Both the position numbers and the translations under genes were made by a program. Shown piece after piece: positions 35,229-43,344 of a stretch of 43,344 nucleotides of DNA. The notes beneath the pieces are model-generated. The model saw only the letters and a list, made by a program, of their open reading frames with translations. It did no database searches and was not told the origin of the DNA. Source of the stretch: Conidiobolus incongruus B7586 (taxonomy: Eukaryota); assembly GCA_000697335.1 (NCBI GenBank), contig JNEM01008146.1, forward strand, positions 1 through 43,344, written 5' to 3'. How positions within the stretch are numbered: the stretch's first letter is position 1; every line of letters starts with the position of its first letter.

Positions 35229-38200
35229 TTAGTGATTTTGATTGAGATTTTGCTGATTAACCATATTATAATAAACTCCTTTCTTTTCCAATAATTCTTT
35301 ATGAGTTCCTCTTTCGACGATATAACCCTTGTCGAATACAAGAATTACATCGGCCTTTTGAATAGTCGAAAGTCTGTGAGCAATAGCCAACGTGGTTCTT
35401 CCCTGACTAGCATTATCAAGAGCTTCTTGAACGACCTTTTCACTTTCCGCGTCTAAAGCGGAAGTGGCTTCGTCAAGTAATAAGATGCTTGGGTTACGAA
35501 TCAAAGCACGAGCAATTGCAACACGTTGCTTTTGACCTCCAGAAAGCTGTGTTCCTTTACTACCAACGTTTGTATTATAACCATTGGGAAGAGTCATAAC
35601 GAAATTGTGGAGATTAGCTTGTTTAGCAGCTTGTTCGATTTGTTCTTGAGTGGGCTTGGCTTGGTCGGAACGAGCTCCTGACGCAATGTTCTCTCCAATA
35701 GTCATGTCATAGAGAGAAGGCTCTTGGCCAACTAACGCAATATGAGATCTCAATGAAGGCAAATGGTAATCTCTAATATCTACACCATCGATCTTGATGC
35801 ACCCTTTGGTAACATCATAGAATCTTTCAACCAACGAAATGATGGTACTCTTACCACAACCACTGGGTCCTACAAGAGCAATAAATTGACCGGGTTGTGC
35901 CGTAAAATTGACACCTCTCAAAACCTTAATACCTGGTCTAGTAGGATAATAGAATTGAACACGTTCTACTTCGATCTTTCCTAATAATGGTTTGTCATTA
36001 TCACCTGTGGGAAGTTGTTTACCAAGGCATGAAGGAGTGGAATCAATTAAAGGTACCCTTTCAATTAAGCCGAACATTGATGTAGCACCTTTTCTAGCTT
36101 TAACAACGTTAGGGATAAAAGCCAAAAGACCACTTGCAGAACTAGCTCCATAAGCAAGAGCTGTAAAGATAGTGACAACTCCTTCGTAAGTATATTCTCC
36201 ACTTATGACTAATTTGCCACCATACCAAAATACAAGACCAAAAATCAAATACTCAATACCTCTTGATAAGGCAAAATAGAGTGTACTATAGTAAGCTTTT
36301 CTAAATCCATATTTCAAAGGACCTTTCATAATATCATCATAATAAGTGCAAATTGCTTCCTCTTGAGTCAAAGCAGCAACCGTTCTAACAGCACTTGTAG
36401 CCTCACAAGCGATCTCGGATGATTTAGAATAGGCCTTGGCATTATGCTTTTGGAATCCTTCAAGCGATTTATCTTCAAAATATCCAGAGAAGAGGAGGAT
36501 CGGCACACATACAGTTGCAACTAGAGCTAATTTCCATCCAAAGATAAAACCAACAACAATACTTCCAATCAAATTGAAAGAGGATTGGATGATGGATCCA
36601 AGGACTGCTCCCCCTAAACCAGAAATATCTTGAGGATCAGTGGACAACTTGGAAGTGATATTTCCTGTGGAATTGGATGATCTATCAAACCATCCAGTTT
36701 CTTGCTTCAACACAGATTCAAAAGCACCAGTTCTCAATTTGGTAGTTAGTTTGGTATCAACATAGTCCAAGAAATTTAATTGCATGAAGTTTGTTATCCA
36801 GATGATGACAGCGAGAACAATAAACATTAAAGCCCAAAATTCTGCATCTTCTTTCATTACTTCAAGGTCTTTGGTTTCGAAAACTTTCAACATCTTAGCG
36901 AAGATAACAGCATAAGCAGGGTACGATAAACCAAGGATAATAGCACCAAGTACTCCGAATACGAAATATAATGCGTGAGGTTTGTAGGCTCTGAAAATCT
37001 TTGAGAAGAACATGCGAAGAGTATACTGTGGATATACATCTTCCTCAACAGAAGGATGAACACTTTTCTGAGATTCTCTGGTAGCGAATGGAAGTGCTGG
37101 GTCTTCACAATTCCGAGTGCTAGGGCTACGTGTAATTTGGAAACCAACGGTACCATTATCAATATGCATGTCATAATCCTCCTCGCTCTCAGAATCATAA
37201 TCAACATCCTTTCCTTTTTTGAGTTCTTGTAAGCTCACCAATTTGCTATAAGGTCCTTCAGGGTTTGCTATGAGCTCATCATGAGAGCCTTGTTCCAAGA
37301 TTCTACCTCTTTCCATAACAATGATCTTATCGGCATTTCGAATGGTAGATAAACGATGGGCGATGACAATGGTAGTTCTTCCTTCACTAGCACGATCTAA
37401 GGCTTCCTGTACCAAGACTTCAGATTGGGTGTCTAAAGCTGATGTGGCTTCATCGAGTAACAAGATTGGTGGATTCCTAACAATAGCCCTTGCAATTGCA
37501 ATTCTCTGTTTTTGACCACCACTCAATAAGAAACCACGTTCACCGACTTGAGTATCATACTTGGCGGGAAGATTAGAAATAAAATCATGGGCATTAGCCA
37601 TTTTACAGGCTTCAATAATAGCCTCTTGCTGTTTTTCTTCAGATTCATACTCCAGAGGAGTGCCAACAAGTCCACGCTTAATATTTTCTCCAATTGTACC
37701 ATTAAAAAGAATAGGCTCCTGAGCAACGAGACCGATCTGACGACGGAACCAACGAAGGTTAAAATCTTTGATAGGAATACCGTCCAATAGAATTTCACCA
37801 CCATCAGGATCATAGTATCTTTCCAATAATTGAACTACTGTCGATTTACCAGAACCACTGGCTCCTACGAGTGCGACAGTTTCACCATGCTTAGCGGTTA
37901 AACTAAGATCAGAGTAGATTTGAACTTCGGGACGAGAAGGATAGGTGAATTTGATATTTCTGAATTCAATGTTGCCATAGACTTTGGAAGGAGTTAATCC
38001 TTCATTAGATATAGGATCAATCTTACTCTTTCTGTCAATACATTGATAAAGTTTGGCAGCTGCTCCTTGAGCTTTCATAACACACTGAACATATGGACCA
38101 ATGCTACTTAAAGCGTAAGAGCCCATCATGATAGCAAAGAAGACTTGAACAATATTGGAAGGAGTAGAGAGTCCCCAAGCAACCAATCTGGAGCCATAGA

Positions 38201-39050
38201 AAAAGGCAAGAGCATATCCACAATACAAGATAAAAAAGATTGCACCAATTCCTATAGCAAAAATAGTGCTAGACTTGATGCTCAATTTTTCACCTTCAAT
38301 CAATCCCTTTTGATATCTTTGAGACATGCGTTTTTGCAAATTAAATGAAGTGATAGTTCGAATAGTAGAAATACACTCCTCGGCAATAGTTCCAGCAGAT
38401 GAATACTTATCAAGAGACTTAGTACTATATTTGAGACCAATAATCATCATACCAGTGACTACAATGACCACGAATGGGACTAGACACATTAACATTAAAC
38501 TCAATCTCCAGTCAGTACAAAAAGCAATAATAAAACCACAAGCGAATGTAGCAAAATCATGGATAATCAAAACGAATTTTTCCGAGATACCTTCTTGCAC
38601 ACGATTCACATCACTAATAATACGAGTAGTTACTTCACCAGCACCCAAATAGTCAAAGAAAGCAATTTCCTGCCTTAAGAGTCCCTGGAGGTATTTATTA
38701 CGGATTTTATGAGTGACACGAGATCCAACCCAGTTAAAACTTGACAAGAACAAGTAATTTGTAACAAAAACTCCAATAGCAAGATAAACAAAGTAAAGAG
38801 TGTATGCATTGACTTCGTCTTGAAATTGGTCTGTAGAGACCACTCCCGATTGGAAATCCTGGAACAATTTTGTAAGACCCGCAAATAGTAAGGACATGGA
38901 AGGCAATGCAGCACCAGCAGCTGCAGCAGATATGGTGCCAACGAATAATAGGAGATGATCATAGCTGGTAGTAAAGCGGAATAGATCAAATATTCCGACG
39001 TCGGGTATTTTTTCTTTATTATTTTTTGTATTCGAACCACTCTTACCCAT
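35229..39050 (-). CDS. full-length ABCB (MDR1/P-glycoprotein-like) multidrug exporter
   Basis: TMD-NBD-TMD-NBD layout; Walker A GASGSGKST and GPSGCGKST; LSGGQKQR twice; LLLDEATSALD twice; intronless 1273 aa. Confidence 0.96.
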   Translation of the reverse strand: MGKSGSNTKNNKEKIPDVGIFDLFRFTTSYDHLLLFVGTISAAAAGAALPSMSLLFAGLTKLFQDFQSGVVSTDQFQDEVNAYTLYFVYLAIGVFVTNYLFLSSFNWVGSRVTHKIRNKYLQGLLRQEIAFFDYLGAGEVTTRIISDVNRVQEGISEKFVLIIHDFATFACGFIIAFCTDWRLSLMLMCLVPFVVIVVTGMMIIGLKYSTKSLDKYSSAGTIAEECISTIRTITSFNLQKRMSQRYQKGLIEGEKLSIKSSTIFAIGIGAIFFILYCGYALAFFYGSRLVAWGLSTPSNIVQVFFAIMMGSYALSSIGPYVQCVMKAQGAAAKLYQCIDRKSKIDPISNEGLTPSKVYGNIEFRNIKFTYPSRPEVQIYSDLSLTAKHGETVALVGASGSGKSTVVQLLERYYDPDGGEILLDGIPIKDFNLRWFRRQIGLVAQEPILFNGTIGENIKRGLVGTPLEYESEEKQQEAIIEACKMANAHDFISNLPAKYDTQVGERGFLLSGGQKQRIAIARAIVRNPPILLLDEATSALDTQSEVLVQEALDRASEGRTTIVIAHRLSTIRNADKIIVMERGRILEQGSHDELIANPEGPYSKLVSLQELKKGKDVDYDSESEEDYDMHIDNGTVGFQITRSPSTRNCEDPALPFATRESQKSVHPSVEEDVYPQYTLRMFFSKIFRAYKPHALYFVFGVLGAIILGLSYPAYAVIFAKMLKVFETKDLEVMKEDAEFWALMFIVLAVIIWITNFMQLNFLDYVDTKLTTKLRTGAFESVLKQETGWFDRSSNSTGNITSKLSTDPQDISGLGGAVLGSIIQSSFNLIGSIVVGFIFGWKLALVATVCVPILLFSGYFEDKSLEGFQKHNAKAYSKSSEIACEATSAVRTVAALTQEEAICTYYDDIMKGPLKYGFRKAYYSTLYFALSRGIEYLIFGLVFWYGGKLVISGEYTYEGVVTIFTALAYGASSASGLLAFIPNVVKARKGATSMFGLIERVPLIDSTPSCLGKQLPTGDNDKPLLGKIEVERVQFYYPTRPGIKVLRGVNFTAQPGQFIALVGPSGCGKSTIISLVERFYDVTKGCIKIDGVDIRDYHLPSLRSHIALVGQEPSLYDMTIGENIASGARSDQAKPTQEQIEQAAKQANLHNFVMTLPNGYNTNVGSKGTQLSGGQKQRVAIARALIRNPSILLLDEATSALDAESEKVVQEALDNASQGRTTLAIAHRLSTIQKADVILVFDKGYIVERGTHKELLEKKGVYYNMVNQQNLNQNH

Positions 39051-42000
39051 TGTAACAAGTGATTAAAAGTAAAATAACAATAATTTCTGATGAATCAGAG
39101 GTTTTATTTGTTACTAGTTAGATCCTTCAGCTGTTTAAATACTTTTCAGTGAAGAATAATTATATTTGCTTGATAATAAATATCAAGTTATTGTTCAAAT
39201 TTGGGTTTGAATTAAAGGAAAAATTCAATTATTTATTAGGTTATATTGCAAAGTTAATTGAATATTGAAATTTAGTCCAATTGACTAAAAAAGGAACTCG
39301 GACATATAAATCTTTAATTTGCACAAATTTTAAATTTAATTATAAAAATAAACCATAAACCAAATCAATTATTTATTAAATAGAATCATCTTAGTAGGTT
39401 TAATTTTCACTGTGTTGAATGATGAATATCGGCCTATAGTTTGAATTTTGAGTTTATTAATCAACTGTAAGCTTCTATTTTTCATATTATTGTTTTAATT
39501 TCAAGTTTATAAAAAATTGCCCACAATAAATATTTCATTAATTATAATAGTAGTTATACAATTTGCATTTTTAAATGTATTAAATACAAATCAATTTAAT
39601 ATAATACTCTTCTAAAGACATTTAATCTTTGATCAAAATTTAATAATAAAAATTCTCTTAATTCGGTTAAATATATTTCCTAATTAAATAATTTAGAAAT
39701 ATAATTGATAAAAACATGGTTTTAGAAAACATCGATCAAAGGATATTTCCTAAATTATATAAATTATATTGATATTTTTGATCCATTTACAGTATAAAAA
39801 TTGTAAACTATGATTATGGTACCGAAAAATCAATAAAATTTTAAAAAGCTTCCCCTATTTATGGCACCGAACTAATTTTCAATTTTCCTGTTTCGATTTA
39901 TTTCAGATACGTCAATTAAAAAGTATAACATTATTATTAATTAAAACGTATTATTACAAAGATGATTATAGAGAAATTAATTTTTTAAATACAAATATGA
40001 ATATTGATATTCATAAAAAACATAAAAAGTACATAGGTCTTAGTACTAAACAATTTCAAATAACTCTATTGAGTTGATGATATATTTTTACTAGAATCAT
40101 TAAATACTAATACTAATACTATTGGTTGATCTTATTATATAAATTCCAAGAAACTCTTTAGCTGATTACCCCATTTGGTATAAAGATAAATTTTAGTTAA
40201 GATCTCTAAGATATAATAATTCATCTATATATCAAAATCTATTTATTAATATACTTAATTGATTGGTTAATTAATATTTAGTTATAAATATATTTAAGTA
40301 TATTAATCAAAAAATTATTTTATATTCAATTAACCATGAAATAAATATTGCATATTTTATAAAATAATAAAATTGAAATTAATTAATAATGACTTTATAT
40401 CAAAAATAGAACAATTTTATTGGACTAAATTTAAAATATATATATAGTCTTAAAACTTCAACTTTGAGATATTTAACTAAATATCAAAAAAGCATATATC
40501 TAGATTGTTTATATTACAAGGTTAGTACTGTGAATTTTTCCGATTATTTGATATTGTATTTTCTATTCAATTGTTGAGATAATATTATTAATAAAAAATT
40601 GTCGCATTTTGAACAATAGTTTAGTAATGATTAAAAATTCAGACCAATTCATAATATTATCTTAGAAAGTTTTTATTGGTAATATCATCTATAACATAGT
40701 ACTACTGATCATATAATCTTCGCACTTATTTTCAATCCAATTCATACACCTGAAATCTGAAGTAATTTATCTATTAAACAGTTATAGATCGTGTTTATAA
40801 AATTTTACTATAACGATACTGATGATTATATTTCAAGTCTAATTTTTAATGAAATCATGATAGTTATTATGAAAAATTTAGTATAAATTTTTTAAAACTT
40901 AATATACTTAAATGTTCATCATTCGGATTTTTTTAATTATAGTTTTATGAAAAATTAATAAAAATTATTAAAATAAATTGATAATTAAATCATTTTCTTA
41001 GTCTTATTTCTATACTCCTACCAATATAAAAGTATATATATTCATACTCTAAAATGACAATTCATGACATATTTCAATATAATCAATAAGTATCTTCATG
41101 GTAGTTATTAGAAAGAGCAATCAAACGTATTGTCAATTATTCAATATCAAATTTTGGTTAAAGATTGATGTTTTGTATCCAAGTATGGGGTTAAATATAA
41201 TATTTCTCCGTAAGTAATGAACCTTGGAATAATGTTTTATTGTAATTGATCAAGAATTCAATTTTGAAATATACGATTTAATTCAACTATTAGTAAATTG
41301 GTATTGAGTATTATATTGCTTAAGTATGAATAATTAAAACTATATATTATTATGTCAAAGGCTATTAATTTTAATTTTTAAACCTACTTTAGGCTCAAGT
41401 TCTAATCAATGGAAAATACTTATACATTGCTCGAAATTCAATATCTCATTTTTTATTTTAAAAATTTAAAATTTCAAGTTTACATAATTAGATATGGTTT
41501 AACATATCGTGAACAATTCATTAAACAATACTATTAAAAATTTATTGCTCCTTGTATAAGAATCCGAATAAAGAATTGTATGATATATATTGGTTAATAA
41601 TTAGTTATGTTATTGAAATGGATAGGAAATGATAATTGTATAAAATGTTAAAATTTATCAACTGTGATATCCTTGTATGATTCAATATTCATGAATTTTT
41701 TCTAGTTAATCATATTATTAATAATTCAATTTTTCTATGATATCATTTATTGAGGTTAGTATAAATGACACAAAATATTGAAGTTAACATTGGGTAAGTT
41801 CATTTAGTATCTCGAGATTTTTGCTTTGAAAAATAATTAAATATAACTTGTATATTTGAAATAGCAGATATGAGCAACAATAGTCAGACAAAATTTAAGT
41901 GTTAATCAATGTTACATTATATATATTAAAATAATTAGTATAGTATCACATTAAAATACTCAATATTAAAATATATAATTTTAATAAAAATTAAAGATTG

Positions 42001-42950
42001 TAAAATGTATGATATTTAATTCCATATAATTATTTATCATGATTAAGTTAAACTAAATAAAAATTATTAATATTAAAAACTTAACCAAAAGTTATCAAAA
42101 GGTCAATAAAAATATAATAGGTTTCACTAATCTCTCATAGATTAATAAATTTGAATATATATTTTTGAAATTTATAATAAAAAAATCAGTAATATTTCTT
42201 TGAATGACAAATATTGTAATATAGCTGAATTTTCACTTATTATAGTTTAATAGATAAATATCAAACTAAATTAGGATATTAAAGAAATATAATTAAGTTT
42301 AACATTTTTAATTATTGAATTATATATAGTAGGTTCAAAATGATATTTGATAAATTTTAATCAAATAAATTAAAATTTATGAAATTGAAATGGGATTTTG
42401 ATTAAAAATGAATTATTAAAATTAAATATAAGTTAATATTGTAATCTTTTAAAATTAATTGTAATATATCATTTTTATAGCTATCAGAATTCAATTAATA
42501 TATAATACCAAAATAGTAATTATTCTATATATGAATTTTGATTCAAATTTAATTAATACTTGAATAAAATATTATAGTTAATGTTATTTAATATTTGAAC
42601 GATTTAAAGAATAATGATAGAATATGAAATAATTAATAAAAGTATATTAATTTGACTATACTTATTTACTCCAATCTATTACAGGTTATTATCAATCTCA
42701 ATTATAATTTTATCATGTTGGTATATAACTCAAAGTATATAATAAAAAATTAAAAATATAGGTTAACTTAATAATATTGAATTAAAATTTGTTTGATTTA
42801 TTAATTCTGACAAGTTGATTAGTAATGCAATATTCATAATGCTATTACAAAACTTAAATAAAGAAAAAATTGTAAAATGAAGATATAATTTTTAATATTA
42901 TCTTAAATTTAAATAAATGGGAAATTTTTGAAATTCTGATTTTTCAAATA

Positions 42951-42991
42951 TATTATTATTATTAATTATTATTATTATTATTATTATTATT
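42951..42991. repeat. (TAT)n microsatellite with one interruption
   Basis: tattattattatt-a-attattattattattattattattatt read directly. Confidence 0.85.
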
Positions 42992-43344
42992 AATATTTTT
43001 TTGATTAATAAATTAACTTTTCAAAATTAGTTATTTAATTTAATTACACTTAAACTAAATAGTAATTATTAAAAGTTTTTTATTTTGATATTAGTAAAAC
43101 TTAACCATAAATCTTTTAAAATTATTTAAAATTTACAAACCTCTTTTAAAAATAAAATATTATTTAAATTAACAATTTATTATTAAGTAAATTACTTTAA
43201 GATTAAGAGAAAAACTATTTAAAATTTGTTAAAATCTAAAAAACTAATTTTAATTATTATTTTTTAATTATTAATAAAGTAAAAAAATATATTGAAAAAT
43301 ATCTTCTTATTTTAGTTAAAGAATTATTTAAATATTTTAATATT

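Noticed and set aside
1..43344. Prokaryotic systems (CRISPR arrays, operons, prophage) or bacterial contamination as the source of the CHAP gene
   Set aside because: No repeat-spacer array seen; genes carry spliceosomal introns, and the CHAP gene itself has one and sits between eukaryotic genes.

Overview
Very AT-rich eukaryotic genomic DNA with short (about 47-103 nt) GT-AG introns and fungal-type genes (ECM33-like, LRO1, ESF2, PUP3). It most likely comes from an early-diverging fungus, possibly Entomophthoromycotina/Conidiobolus-like; that placement is inference only. Intact genes: an orphan ORF, MIA40/CHCHD4, a secreted CHAP-domain hydrolase, a small secreted orphan, PP5/PPT1, an ECM33-like GPI protein, ESF2, a small HSP, eIF1A, proteasome beta3, a TAF3-like histone-fold+PHD protein, LRO1 (PDAT) and an ABCB1/MDR1 transporter. 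Pseudogenes: two tandem EamA/DMT transporter copies and a FolC-family (FOL3-like) folate ligase. The most notable items are: (1) a bacterial-type CHAP peptidoglycan hydrolase fitted with an intron, signal peptide and Kex2 site, tail-to-tail with a small secreted orphan; (2) two roughly 430-450 bp GC-richer, ORF-less, self-complementary islands, one bounded by a 14-bp direct repeat; (3) animal-like architectures of MIA40 and TAF3; (4) decay of a folate-pathway gene. All calls were made by eye; no database search or folding computation was run.
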